Assembly (NCBI GenBank): GCA_964646575.1
Contig: CAZYFT010000001.1
Span: 8,118-72,117, forward strand
Direction of reading: 5' to 3'
DNA length: 64,000 bases
From: an uncultured Candidatus Saccharibacteria bacterium
Lineage (GTDB): Bacteria; Patescibacteriota; Saccharimonadia; CAILAD01; GCA-016700035
This document shows positions 27,095 to 36,585 of the stretch, piece by piece (within the stretch, counting starts at the first letter, position 1; the number at the start of each line of letters is the position of its first letter). The notes under the pieces are model-generated. The model was not told where the DNA came from, did no database searches, and saw nothing but the letters and a program-made list of their open reading frames with translations. The translations under genes were made by a program, and so were the position numbers.

Positions 27095-28240
27095 CTATGA
27101 TTTTTTGTGCTCGAGACGGCGGGCGAGGAATTCAATAATTAAGCGGGCTGCCTCCGGATTACTGAGAGTCGTAAGCCTGTCCGTGTAGCTGTCGTAGTCC
27201 TTATATATCTCATTGAGGGCCGTTACAATTTCACTACTTTTGCGGGCAATGTGTCCTAATTTATAGCGCTCAACGAGTTCGGCGTTACCTTCTTCTTGTC
27301 CAGGTATGATCTTATTTATTACCAATGGTTTTTTTGCGGCAATACATTCCATGACAGTTGAACCGCCAGCCTTTGTAATGACAATGTCGCTGGCTTTTAT
27401 GAGTTCTGGCATGTTCTGAGTCCAGCCAATGAGGTAGCTGTGGGGTGCTGACCATAGCGCGCCGTTTCGAATTTGTTTATGCAAATCTTTGTCTCGCCCC
27501 GTAATTACTATCAAGCTATGGTCGGGATAATTTGAGATAATTGCGGAGCTAACGCGTCGCACATAAGAAGCACGCAAGGCGGAGGCACTGAACAAAATAA
27601 TTTTTCGATTATTCGGCATTTCTATATCTGTTGGAAAAGGTTTAGCGCTTGAATTATTAGTCAAAAAACTTTCGTGTACTGGGTAGCCTAGGGCGTGAAT
27701 TTTGTCGTTTTTCACCCCAAGGGTATGTAGGCTAGATGCCGTTGGTTCATTGGAGACTATGTAGAAGTCGCTGTCTGGAATAACCCAAGATGAATGTACG
27801 GAAATTGAGTCGGTGATTAGTGTTGCAAATTCAACATCCGGAAAATTCTTCTTAGAAATTTGCAAAGCGAGATATTGCCAAATTGGATAATTAGAAATAA
27901 TGAGATCTGGGTGTTGTGAGGCTAGGAGCTTTTTGAGGTGGCCTTGTCTTAAAGGAAAACTCAAGAGATTGGCAAGACGTATAGGGGTGTGGGTTATATC
28001 TGTTGAGACATACATCCATTTATAAAGAGCGGGTAGGTGTTTTGTATTGATCTCATACATTTTTTTTGAAGTCTTGTTAAAGAGTTTTCCGATTTCTTCT
28101 GAGAAATCGATAATTTTTACATCAATATTATGTTCAGGATGGTTTTGAGCGGCACTTTCTAGGGCACGGGCGGTTGCCATGTGTCCCTGTCCAAAAGAAG
28201 AAGACAGAATTAATATTGTTTTTTTTACACTATTAGCCAT
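27095..28240 (-). CDS. GT28-family glycosyltransferase (MGDG synthase / UgtP-like diacylglycerol glycosyltransferase).
   Basis: N-terminal ILILSSSFGQGHMATARAL and C-terminal ITKAGGSTVMECIAAKKPLVI. Confidence 0.75.
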   Translation of the reverse strand: MANSVKKTILILSSSFGQGHMATARALESAAQNHPEHNIDVKIIDFSEEIGKLFNKTSKKMYEINTKHLPALYKWMYVSTDITHTPIRLANLLSFPLRQGHLKKLLASQHPDLIISNYPIWQYLALQISKKNFPDVEFATLITDSISVHSSWVIPDSDFYIVSNEPTASSLHTLGVKNDKIHALGYPVHESFLTNNSSAKPFPTDIEMPNNRKIILFSASALRASYVRRVSSAIISNYPDHSLIVITGRDKDLHKQIRNGALWSAPHSYLIGWTQNMPELIKASDIVITKAGGSTVMECIAAKKPLVINKIIPGQEEGNAELVERYKLGHIARKSSEIVTALNEIYKDYDSYTDRLTTLSNPEAARLIIEFLARRLEHKKS

Positions 28241-29462
28241 ATTTTTTCAGCGTTCTCATGTAAATTTCTTCAAGTTTGGCTGCCTGTCTATCAATAGTAA
28301 ATTCAGAAGCTTTATTGTGGGCGGCGTCCCCCATCTTTTTGCGTAATTTTGGGTCATGAGCAAGCTTGAGTAGGGCCTTGCTGAATGCTTCAGGCTTTGG
28401 CGGGGCGAGTATACCGGATATAGCATCTTCGGCGACCAGGGAAATGTCGGGATCGGAGTAAACAAGGGGTACACGCATGTAGGCGGCCTCATTGAGCACA
28501 AGTGCTTGGGTATCGGTCATAGATGGGAATGCAAAAATGTCGGCGTAATTATAGCGCTCCAGGGCTTCTTTTCTTGGGAGGCCCCCAGTAGTGACTACGG
28601 CGCGACTGATGCCCAGTTCGCGAACTCGAGAACGCATATGTGGGAGGTATGGGCCTGGGCCCACAACACAAAGCCGAAGAGAGTCATCTTGCCTGTAGGC
28701 AAGAGAGAAGGCCTTTAAGAGTACGTTCATATTTTTTTCTTTCGCTACTCGACCGACATAGAGTATCGTTGTAGTTTTATCATCTTTACGCTGTGTAGAA
28801 TTGCCGTTACGAGGAAATTCATGAGGATTCATCCCTGTTGGGAGAATATTTATTGGTCGAGTTACCCCATAGCTTATGAGTTTGTCTTGCATCTTAGCCG
28901 AAGGAACAATAATTTCGTCGAAGTGGTCCACGGATGCCCGAATGAGATTTTGCACCATTGTTTGGTTCCATTGCTCGAAGGAGCGCTTTGGTCGTACTCC
29001 TTGTAGGGTTTCTGGCCAGGCCTTTGGTTGCTTTACAAGTAGCGGACCGATAAGTGAGGCGGTGAGGATCCCGGCCCACATGCCACGATAGACTTTAGCG
29101 TACTCTTCGTAGTCGGTGTGGTAGCTAAAAACAGACGGAATATTTCCCTCAAACATGAGTCGCATGCCGGCAAGTCCGGTTTGCCCATTGGTATGGAAGT
29201 GGTAGAGGTCGGCGTTAAGCTCCTTAATAATTCGGCCGTATTTTGGTGTGAGAATACCGTCACGCAAGCCTTTATGCCATACACTAGGGATAGAAGGTAG
29301 GCGAATGACGTCAGGATGGTCATGTACGGGTACGTCGCTGCCAGGAGCGACTATATAGACCCTGTGACCTCGGTCGCGCAGAGCGTTGGCAAAGAGATCA
29401 ATGGCGGCAGTAACCCCGTTGAGTGACGGGGTATAAAAATCCGTAAAGAATACTATCTTCAT
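28233..29462 (-). CDS. GT4-family glycosyltransferase.
   Basis: MKIVFFTDFYTPSLNGVTA... plus a C-terminal GT-B domain. Confidence 0.8.
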   Translation of the reverse strand: MKIVFFTDFYTPSLNGVTAAIDLFANALRDRGHRVYIVAPGSDVPVHDHPDVIRLPSIPSVWHKGLRDGILTPKYGRIIKELNADLYHFHTNGQTGLAGMRLMFEGNIPSVFSYHTDYEEYAKVYRGMWAGILTASLIGPLLVKQPKAWPETLQGVRPKRSFEQWNQTMVQNLIRASVDHFDEIIVPSAKMQDKLISYGVTRPINILPTGMNPHEFPRNGNSTQRKDDKTTTILYVGRVAKEKNMNVLLKAFSLAYRQDDSLRLCVVGPGPYLPHMRSRVRELGISRAVVTTGGLPRKEALERYNYADIFAFPSMTDTQALVLNEAAYMRVPLVYSDPDISLVAEDAISGILAPPKPEAFSKALLKLAHDPKLRKKMGDAAHNKASEFTIDRQAAKLEEIYMRTLKKYG

Positions 29463-30481
29463 GAGTAGTCACCAGCAAGGCTCTTGTAGAGGGTTTCGTA
29501 GCGATGTACAAGTGTCTTTGAGGCGTAACGAAGGGCGAGTTCTTCTGAAAATTTCTGTTGTTTTTTATACATCGCAGGTTTTGTAATGAGGTCAACAATG
29601 TGTCCAACAAACTCTTTATTCGTTTTTCCTTGTAAATAGGTGCCAGCAAAAATGTCTTTATATACGGGGATATCCCGCAAGATTACTGGTAGGCCACAGG
29701 CAGCGGCTTCAACTACCACGAGTCCAAATGTTTCTTGGTAGGAGGGTAGCCAAAATACGTCAGCTAGGTGGTAGAGTTTGCGGGCTGTTTCAAGTTCGAC
29801 AACACCTGTAAAGGTTACGTTTTCTGGGGCTGTGGCCATCATCTGTTCCATATCGGCGGTTTTATCAGCGAATTTACCAAACGGAATGCCGCCAATCCAG
29901 AGAAAATGATAATCAGTAAGCTGTTCGGCTACTAAGCGCCAATCAGCCACACCTTTACGCGGTTGTACCTGGCCGCTGCAGACAATCACAGGCTTATCAG
30001 CCGGCACATTAAAGTGGCGACGCAGGGCTGAGAGTTCGTGCTCGGCGGGACGCTTGAAGTGAGATAGCTCCACCATATTTGGTATGACGCTCATAGGTTT
30101 GTGAATACCGAGTTCTCGGAGCTCCATCTCGGTATTGGGGCTCACGCAAATGATGTGGTCGGCCTGATTGTAGACAAACTTGAGGTACCAGCGCGCAAAA
30201 GGTGCCCACAGCTTGGCGGCCTTGAGACTACCGATGAAAGACTCAGGGGTAACGTGGGCATTAATCACTCGCCCGTGGGTGGCTTGGCGGAATTTGCGCC
30301 ATCCGTAAGGCCCGACAGTGTGTACGTGTACAATATCGGTTGGGCGCTTGGAGTTTATTTTTACAGAATAATCGGTATAGCTCTTAAGGGCATTAACATG
30401 CTCTTCGAAGGCCGTGTGAACACCGTGCCCGCGAACAGTAAACACGCTCTCGCTAACGACATTCACGCTAAGTTGTTTCAT
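29459..30481 (-). CDS. GT4-family glycosyltransferase.
   Basis: ETFGLVVVEAAACGLPVILRDIPVYKDI. Confidence 0.8.
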   Translation of the reverse strand: MKQLSVNVVSESVFTVRGHGVHTAFEEHVNALKSYTDYSVKINSKRPTDIVHVHTVGPYGWRKFRQATHGRVINAHVTPESFIGSLKAAKLWAPFARWYLKFVYNQADHIICVSPNTEMELRELGIHKPMSVIPNMVELSHFKRPAEHELSALRRHFNVPADKPVIVCSGQVQPRKGVADWRLVAEQLTDYHFLWIGGIPFGKFADKTADMEQMMATAPENVTFTGVVELETARKLYHLADVFWLPSYQETFGLVVVEAAACGLPVILRDIPVYKDIFAGTYLQGKTNKEFVGHIVDLITKPAMYKKQQKFSEELALRYASKTLVHRYETLYKSLAGDYS

Positions 30482-30540
30482 ACCCTAAATCCTACCATAT
30501 TTCTCCAGAAAGCTTGAGCATTTACGCATTGTTAGTAAAA

Positions 30541-30549
30541 TGGTATAAT
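30541..30549 (+). promoter_or_regulatory. Extended -10 element (TGgTATAAT) positioned about 10 nt upstream of the tmRNA 5' end.
   Basis: Sequence tggtataatg at 30541-30550. A weak -35 (tttacg) sits 17 nt upstream. Confidence 0.45.
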
Positions 30550-30559
30550 GCATGTTCTT

Positions 30560-30962
30560 GGGGCTGACTATTAGCTTCGACAGGGTGATCATTGACAAGC
30601 ATAACTTGCAGGCCGGGTTGAGATGAACGTTATCCGTCTCAAACCAATAAGTGTAAACTCACTTGCAAGCAAGGTACGCAGTGCTTTTTCAGCACCCGCT
30701 CTTGCACCAGCTTTCGCCTAAACCCGAAAGCCATCCAGTAAGCTTACGCCAACTGTAGCTTCGTCGGGTGTTATACTTTTGTTGGCTGCCCATGATGTGT
30801 TCTGCGTCCGCAGCATGGTAAGTTACCAGATTGCAGGAAAGGCTCGGGGATTGGTTCGCTTGTTCTCCCGTCGTCTTTCTCAAAACACGTAAGCGAACTA
30901 AGCTTGTAGACAGTATGCGAGTCACACACTGGACGAGGGTGCGATTCCCTCCAGCTCCACCA
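30560..30962 (+). ncRNA. ssrA: tmRNA (SsrA), one-piece. Predicted tag ORF gca...gcc taa, encoding (ASKVRSAFS)APALAPAFA*.
   Basis: 5' GGGGCTGActattagcTTCGACAGGGtgAT matches the canonical tmRNA 5' end. 3' GGACGAGGGTGCGATTCCCTCCAGCTCCACCA is the tRNA-like T-arm plus acceptor. 5'/3' acceptor pairing ggggctg/cagctcc. Confidence 0.8.
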
Positions 30963-31069
30963 TAAAGAGATCAGCGATTTTTGTTGGTCTTTTTATTTTT
31001 GGTCAAGATTTATTGATATGCCTTCTTGGGGGAAACCAGATATACTAGAAGGTAACAAAGGAGGCGATC

Positions 31070-31924
31070 ATGACAATGCCAATCGATTTAGTCCTGGTTC
31101 GTCACGGCCAGTCAGAGCAGAATAAAGCCTTAAAAGCAGTGAGGAGTGGCAATCAGTCGCTTATTACTCACGGGTTTTTACATACCCCAGATTCTCAATT
31201 TCGTTTAAGTGCGCTTGGGAGAGAGCAGGCTCAGATAACCGGCAGATGGTTACAGGAGAAAGGATTGGGCTTTTTTGATAGGCGCTACGTTTCAGATTAT
31301 GCTCGTGCCAAAGAAACAGCAGCGCTCCTGGATTTGGAGGGTCCAAATTGGTATGTTGAGCCTACTTTGCGTGAGCGTGAATGGGGTGTTCTTGATTCGT
31401 TAAGCTGGGAAGAGCGTGAAGAAAAGATGATTGTTGAATCACGCAAAAAGGAAACGGACCCGTTCTATTGGGTTCCACCTAACGGTGAATCTATCGCTCA
31501 AATGACGGTGCGCCTGCGAGGACTTCTCGACACGCTCCACCGCGAGTGCAGTGATAAGCGGGTTATTGTAGTGTGTCATGGAGAAGTTATGTGGGGTATG
31601 CGTTTTATGCTTGAGAGGATGTCGACTACGAAGTGGATACAATTGGAGCGTTCGCAAGAACCAGGAGTAAGAATATATAATTGCCAAGTACTGCATTATA
31701 CCCGGCGTAATCCCGAAACGGGGAGCTCTCGGCTCACTTTGATTGGATGCGCTCAGAGTGCCCTCAACAGCCAGAGAATTGTGGTCCTGGGTGGCAGCAA
31801 GTCGCGCGCGAGACGTTTTCGAATGAAGAACTCTTGCTGCAAGCTGAAAAATCTCCACATTTGTTTGAGTAAATTCATTATCATGGTGACTCGAAAGAGC
31901 TACTTTTTTATATATAATGCTTAA
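31070..31924 (+). CDS. Histidine phosphatase superfamily protein (phosphoglycerate-mutase-like). The last ~40 codons are low-complexity and may be read-through.
   Basis: LVLVRHGQSEQN (RHG motif) and a downstream catalytic His (VVCHGEVM). Confidence 0.7.
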   Translation: MTMPIDLVLVRHGQSEQNKALKAVRSGNQSLITHGFLHTPDSQFRLSALGREQAQITGRWLQEKGLGFFDRRYVSDYARAKETAALLDLEGPNWYVEPTLREREWGVLDSLSWEEREEKMIVESRKKETDPFYWVPPNGESIAQMTVRLRGLLDTLHRECSDKRVIVVCHGEVMWGMRFMLERMSTTKWIQLERSQEPGVRIYNCQVLHYTRRNPETGSSRLTLIGCAQSALNSQRIVVLGGSKSRARRFRMKNSCCKLKNLHICLSKFIIMVTRKSYFFIYNA

Positions 31925-31926
31925 GG

Positions 31927-31955
31927 TTGTAAAAAACGCATCATAATTGTATAAA
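31927..31955 (+). promoter_or_regulatory. Sigma70-like promoter (TTGTAA-N17-TATAAA) for the downstream small-protein operon.
   Basis: Read from the sequence: ttgtaa aaaacgcatcataattg tataaa, about 25 nt before the 31947 ATG. Confidence 0.4.
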
Positions 31956-32351
31956 TATACTGTTTCGTACCTCGAAGAAAGTAGAATCATGAGCTGTATT
32001 ACTCTCGATATTTGGAAGAACCACGAGGGGACTGGTAGATGGAAGCTCGTTTGCTCTGAAGAGCTATTCGTACCAGATCTACTCCAGAAAACTGATTACA
32101 CCGCTGATGAGTTAGCAAGTTTGGAGAAGGCGCTTTTCCCAGCTGGCAAGCAGATTGTTCTCGCTCTCGGGTTGTTTTATGGCGTCACAACCCACTTCAA
32201 CGTGGATGAGCCATGTGCCGTCGAATTTTCTGTCCCACCAGACGTTGATCCAGCCCTAGTCGAGGTGTCATATCGACAACGTATCGACAGCCTTTCGGTT
32301 TCGATGGTATTCGAATCAGGAAAGACACTTGTAGGAAGTTATCGAGACTGA
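31947..32351 (+). CDS. Small hypothetical protein, paralog A.
   Basis: Shares GRWKLV.., HFNVDEPCAVEFSVPPDVDPALVEV and IDSLSVSMVFE blocks with the protein at 32753. Confidence 0.45.
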   Translation: MYKYTVSYLEESRIMSCITLDIWKNHEGTGRWKLVCSEELFVPDLLQKTDYTADELASLEKALFPAGKQIVLALGLFYGVTTHFNVDEPCAVEFSVPPDVDPALVEVSYRQRIDSLSVSMVFESGKTLVGSYRD

Positions 32352-32360
32352 GGAGGCACC

Positions 32361-32639
32361 ATGTCCTATGCATATCCAATCCTCGATGGATGTACGCGCC
32401 ATGAGAATGGTGAATTCACCCACAATGCATGCGGTACCAAGATCATGACTGCCACTGTGCGTCATTCAGTACATGATGGTCCATTTCCGCTTTCTGGTAG
32501 CGGAGATGTAGAGCTTGAACTTGTGCCGTATTGTCCTACTTGCGAGGAAAAGCCGAGCGAGCATGGCGCCCCGGTGGGCCGACGACAAGTGGATGTTGAC
32601 GAAGCGGCAATTCTGCGACGGATGCGCGAACAGCGCTAA
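32361..32639 (+). CDS. Small Cys/His-rich (zinc-ribbon-like) protein.
   Basis: DGCTRHENGEFTHNAC ... CPTCEE metal-ligand spacing. 92 aa. Confidence 0.4.
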   Translation: MSYAYPILDGCTRHENGEFTHNACGTKIMTATVRHSVHDGPFPLSGSGDVELELVPYCPTCEEKPSEHGAPVGRRQVDVDEAAILRRMREQR

Positions 32640-32752
32640 TTTCTACAGGCAGCTTTATTGAGCTTGCCTGTTTTTTACTTACTGAATTATGTTATGCGAA
32701 ATCTGCTCATGGTTGACTATGGCCTTTTTGAGAGTAAATACTGGGAGGGTTA

Positions 32753-33181
32753 TTGTACCTTTTCCGAGGAGTAGCTATGGAGCAGGCGACCCTTACGGAG
32801 CCGGCAAGACTCATAGTCGAACCCGACTTTACTAGAGATGGTGGTTGGAGGTTGACGTTTTCCAAGCCACTAGTTAACGCGGACAAATGGGCCGCACGCC
32901 GAGCGAGAAAGTTGAGTGCCTGTGAAGTTCAGGAGATGGCGCGTGGAGTACATTTTACCTACGACGGTGGCTTGATATTGCGCACCTTCCTCAATGAGGG
33001 GTGTCGTATCGAGGTGCTGGTTGATCCTGACGCTCCCAACATGTTGTTGATCGAGCCGACCGAAGAGGAGATAGACAGTATCAGCCTTGAAATTAGTTTT
33101 CGTTGCTGCATCAGTATGATTTCTGATGCTTTTAAGTTTGAGCGCCTGCTCGAAGTTGAGGTGCGCTATATCGAGCTGTAG
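32753..33181 (+). CDS. Small hypothetical protein, paralog A'.
   Basis: DGGWRLTFS, HFTYDGG...GCRIEVLVDPDAPNMLLIEP and IDSISLEISFR blocks align with the 31947 protein. Confidence 0.45.
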   Translation: MYLFRGVAMEQATLTEPARLIVEPDFTRDGGWRLTFSKPLVNADKWAARRARKLSACEVQEMARGVHFTYDGGLILRTFLNEGCRIEVLVDPDAPNMLLIEPTEEEIDSISLEISFRCCISMISDAFKFERLLEVEVRYIEL

Positions 33182-33363
33182 CAGGTCGATTCTCACGGGT
33201 AGTCCTATGTATATAGGGCTACTTTTTACTAGTCTGGCGCTTAGCTTCGGTGATGTAGTCGTAGAACTAAACTCAACTTTACTAGACGAAAATCTTCTTC
33301 TGGTAGAAGCTTATGGTGGACGAAGCGCGCATGGTCTTCTCATAATCAGTAATAGGAGAGAAC

Positions 33364-34077
33364 ATGATGGGTTTAGACATCAATATTCACAGCGCTCAGA
33401 CGAGCATCTTGCGAGAGTTGCTATTTCACCCGCAGGCGAACTATGCGGCGCTGCAAAAGCCAACTGGCTTAACTAGTGATCATTTTAATTTTCATATTTC
33501 TCGGTTGGTTGAGCTGGGTCTAGTGAAGAAGACGGCTCGTGGTATGTATTCGCTCACGATTCAGGGTAAGGAGTATGCGAATCGACTGGATACCGATAAT
33601 AATACGGTGGAGCGGCAGCCAAAGACGGCGGTTTTACTGGCGATTGAGCGTGATGTGGGCGGTAAGCGCCAGTGGGTGTTTCAGCAACGCTTAAAGAACC
33701 CGTATTTTGGCTTTTGGGGATTGCCGAGTGGCAAGATTCGTTGGGGTGAAACGGTTGTGCAAACGGCCGAACGGGAAAGCCTGGAGGAAACTGGGTTGAG
33801 TGCGGATTGGCGAGTGGCTGGCGTGTATCACGAGATAGTCGTGCAGAAGGAAACAGGCGAGATGCTGGAAGATAAAATATTCTTTGTGGTGCATGGCACG
33901 AATCCGAAAGGCGACTTACAGGAGGATTTTGAGGGCGGACATAATGAGTGGCTCGTTCGGGAGAGGGCGAATGTGCAAGAAAAGATATTTGATAGCTTTA
34001 ATATCGAGCTCGATATGGTAGACAGTGGTGAGTGGCTGGTAGAGCGGACAACGAGCTATAGCCAGGATGTATTTTAA
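33364..34077 (+). CDS. N-terminal wHTH fused to a NUDIX hydrolase domain.
   Basis: Nudix box GKIRWGETVVQTAERESLEETGL (GX5EX7REUXEEXGU). N-terminal HTH ILRELLFHPQANYAALQKPTGLTSDHFNFHISRLVELGLV. Confidence 0.7.
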   Translation: MMGLDINIHSAQTSILRELLFHPQANYAALQKPTGLTSDHFNFHISRLVELGLVKKTARGMYSLTIQGKEYANRLDTDNNTVERQPKTAVLLAIERDVGGKRQWVFQQRLKNPYFGFWGLPSGKIRWGETVVQTAERESLEETGLSADWRVAGVYHEIVVQKETGEMLEDKIFFVVHGTNPKGDLQEDFEGGHNEWLVRERANVQEKIFDSFNIELDMVDSGEWLVERTTSYSQDVF

Positions 34078-34158
34078 GCTTGCATTCCTGGGGTGAGGGG
34101 CTACAATGGCACAATATAGTTTGTACCTTGTAGCTTCTCACTCCTTGGAGGTCTGACG

Positions 34159-34479
34159 ATGTCGACTGTTGTAGGTTTCTTGATGATTGGTGTGTCGGTG
34201 ACCTGTGCATTTGTGATATTCGCTGCTCTGGATGAGAGGCCTCCGCCATCTGAGAGCGTAGCCCAGAAGCTTAGGGGTGGCTTAGTAGGAGCAGCTTTGC
34301 TGTTAGTGCCGGGGCTAGCCTTACTTGAGAGCCTTTCGCTCATCATGGCAACAGTAGGAGTCTTGTTGTTGATATGGTCTTCACGACGTGAAGATAAGAT
34401 CACTTCATTCGTAGCTGTGGGGTTCATGGGGTTCTCGCTAGCAATTCAATACAGCTGGGTCTTTCAGTCTTCCTCTTAG
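34159..34479 (+). CDS. Small membrane protein (3 TM), hypothetical.
   Basis: Hydrophobic segments throughout. No motif. Confidence 0.3.
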   Translation: MSTVVGFLMIGVSVTCAFVIFAALDERPPPSESVAQKLRGGLVGAALLLVPGLALLESLSLIMATVGVLLLIWSSRREDKITSFVAVGFMGFSLAIQYSWVFQSSS

Positions 34480-34489
34480 TTGAGGAGGG

Positions 34490-36244
34490 CTAATTTGTAA
34501 TTATGACAGTCTTTTCACGGGCCATACTTTGAATACCGGTATTGGTAATAATGAAGTTCTGCAGTATCCAGGTTCCAGTGGAGAGGCTGGCAGTCGAAAT
34601 ATCTTGCCGTAGGCTCCGCGTGCCACTTGGAGTGAGCCCACTAGCAATAGTGATTGATTGATTTGTAGATGTATTTATAGCTCGTGTTGTGCAGGTTACA
34701 TCAACAAGTATAGATGTACAGGTAGAGTTAAATTTATCAAACTCATAATCTGTGAGTTCTGTATCGAGTTCGCTAAGAGATATGCGTGAGGCAGAGAGTG
34801 GTGAACCTATAGACGTTGTAGCAGATACATCATTAAGTGCTCCATAGGTGTTGAGAAGGCCATGCCCGTAGAGATTCGTGAAGTTTATATTGTTCATGGG
34901 TGCAAGTTTAGTGGCAGTTCCCGTTAGAGCGACACTGACTTGAGTGGGTGTAAGCGTGGGGTTTTGCGAAAGCAGTAGCGCTGCAGCGCCAGCAACAAGA
35001 GGGCTAGAGAATGATGTTCCGTTCAAGCCACAGGCGTTAAGGCCGGATTGTGCGGCGTTAGTCCATACTGTTGAGCACAACCCAGCGCCAGGAGCAACTA
35101 GATCTAAATTATTTCCATAATTGGAGAAACTGGCAATTGAATTGTCGGCATTCGTGGCCCCAACTGCAATTACATCTGGATACCGAGCGGGGTAGGAAAT
35201 ACAGTTACAGCCATCGTTCCCAGATGCAGCCACCACGACTACTCCATTTTGTGTTGCGTAATCTATTTGTTCGGACACCAAAGGGTCGTCAGCTTCTGCG
35301 CCTAAGCTCATATTGATGATACTCGCACCTTGGTCTACTGCATAACGTATACCGAGTGCTACAGATATTGTGTAGCCATCTCCATAATCATCAAGAGCTT
35401 GAATGGGCAGGATTTTAGCACCCCAGCTCATACCAGCGCCGCTAGCGTTGTTGTTGGCTTGTGCGGCAATTAGGCTTGATACAGTCGTGGCATGGTATGC
35501 ACCACTGGCGGTAGGGGCGGTTTGGCCGGCACTTACATTGTTGGTGTCGTCGCTAAAATTCCAGCCAAGGTAATTATCTATATAGCCATCGTTATCATCG
35601 TCGAGATTATTACAGCGTTTATCAACAGATAGGGAACGACTGGTACAGTTGGGGGCTGGGCCTTCGGTGGTGGTTGTACCAACTTCAGCAGCGTTTTCTG
35701 CCCACTTATTCGTTAAATCTGTTACTTGCAGGCCAAATCCGGTGTCTATCACTGCTATCGTTACGTCAGAATTGCCAGATTGATGGTTCCAAGCTGGAAG
35801 GGTATTGGTGTTTGTGAGGTGCCATTGGTTTGAAGCGAGGGGGTCAGTTGGAGTGAGAAAAGCAGAATAGCGCTGGTTAATAAAAGTTTTTACCCCTGAA
35901 GTCGCAATAATATTTTGGGCACGCACACCATACACACCCAAGGCTTCAATATATTTTAAATCAGATAGCTCAAGATTGTTTGCAGTGAGGAATTCTTCCT
36001 GCGCTAATTCATCTTGAAAGCGGAGGATGTATTGTGTGTTCTTAGACTCTATGTGGGCCGAATTTCCATCAAGAGATTGGGTGTTTTCTAGGCTTACAGG
36101 TTGTAAGCTTTCTTTAGCAGGGGCATTGGGTGGATTCGGCAGAGGGTCCCCCGGAGCATGAACTGGAGTAGCGAACAGTATAAGGAGTAATCCAGCGCTA
36201 ATCCCTGCCGTTGAGAGTTTTGCGTTTCGCAGGTGTAATTTCAT
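34490..36244 (-). CDS. Secreted subtilisin-like serine protease (peptidase S8) with a signal peptide and a C-terminal extension.
   Basis: Catalytic triad motifs VIDTGF (Asp), HATTVSSLIAA (His) and GTSFSSPLVAGAAALL (Ser). N-terminal signal peptide LLLILFATPVHA. Confidence 0.85.
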   Translation of the reverse strand: MKLHLRNAKLSTAGISAGLLLILFATPVHAPGDPLPNPPNAPAKESLQPVSLENTQSLDGNSAHIESKNTQYILRFQDELAQEEFLTANNLELSDLKYIEALGVYGVRAQNIIATSGVKTFINQRYSAFLTPTDPLASNQWHLTNTNTLPAWNHQSGNSDVTIAVIDTGFGLQVTDLTNKWAENAAEVGTTTTEGPAPNCTSRSLSVDKRCNNLDDDNDGYIDNYLGWNFSDDTNNVSAGQTAPTASGAYHATTVSSLIAAQANNNASGAGMSWGAKILPIQALDDYGDGYTISVALGIRYAVDQGASIINMSLGAEADDPLVSEQIDYATQNGVVVVAASGNDGCNCISYPARYPDVIAVGATNADNSIASFSNYGNNLDLVAPGAGLCSTVWTNAAQSGLNACGLNGTSFSSPLVAGAAALLLSQNPTLTPTQVSVALTGTATKLAPMNNINFTNLYGHGLLNTYGALNDVSATTSIGSPLSASRISLSELDTELTDYEFDKFNSTCTSILVDVTCTTRAINTSTNQSITIASGLTPSGTRSLRQDISTASLSTGTWILQNFIITNTGIQSMAREKTVIITN

Positions 36245-36262
36245 GCCTGCAATGTCGTTAAG

Positions 36263-36300
36263 GTGATCATTACGACCCCACAGACGTAATGATCACCAGC
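36263..36300. promoter_or_regulatory. Perfect 13-bp inverted repeat (GGTGATCATTACG-N10-CGTAATGATCACC) immediately upstream of the S8 protease start. Candidate operator.
   Basis: Read from the sequence. No T-run follows it, so an operator is more likely than a terminator. Confidence 0.3.
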
Positions 36301-36585
36301 TACTTTATATTGCTGTATGAATGAATGATTTTGTACTGAAGACTGGAAGCAAATAGGTCTTACCAGTATTTTTTTATTGTTAAGTTTAGTGTTTTTGTGT
36401 AGCATTTGATGTTTACGTTTAAGCTTGTTGTATGTATTGCTCTCTACTTTATATACATATGACTGCAGAGACAATAGTTTTTATGCTTAAATGAGTTTTT
36501 TTGACGCAAAAAAGTATTCATTTTGTTCTTCTTGGTATGATATAGTGATTGTGAGTTACATAAGCGTTTCATACGCAAAAAAGTC

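Noticed and set aside
30689-30925. 78-aa minus-strand ORF.
   Set aside because: It overlaps tmRNA (ssrA), whose canonical 5' and 3' ends are obvious. Not a gene.
31439-31990. 183-aa minus-strand ORF.
   Set aside because: It is antisense to the histidine phosphatase gene, which has the RHG catalytic motif. No motifs of its own.
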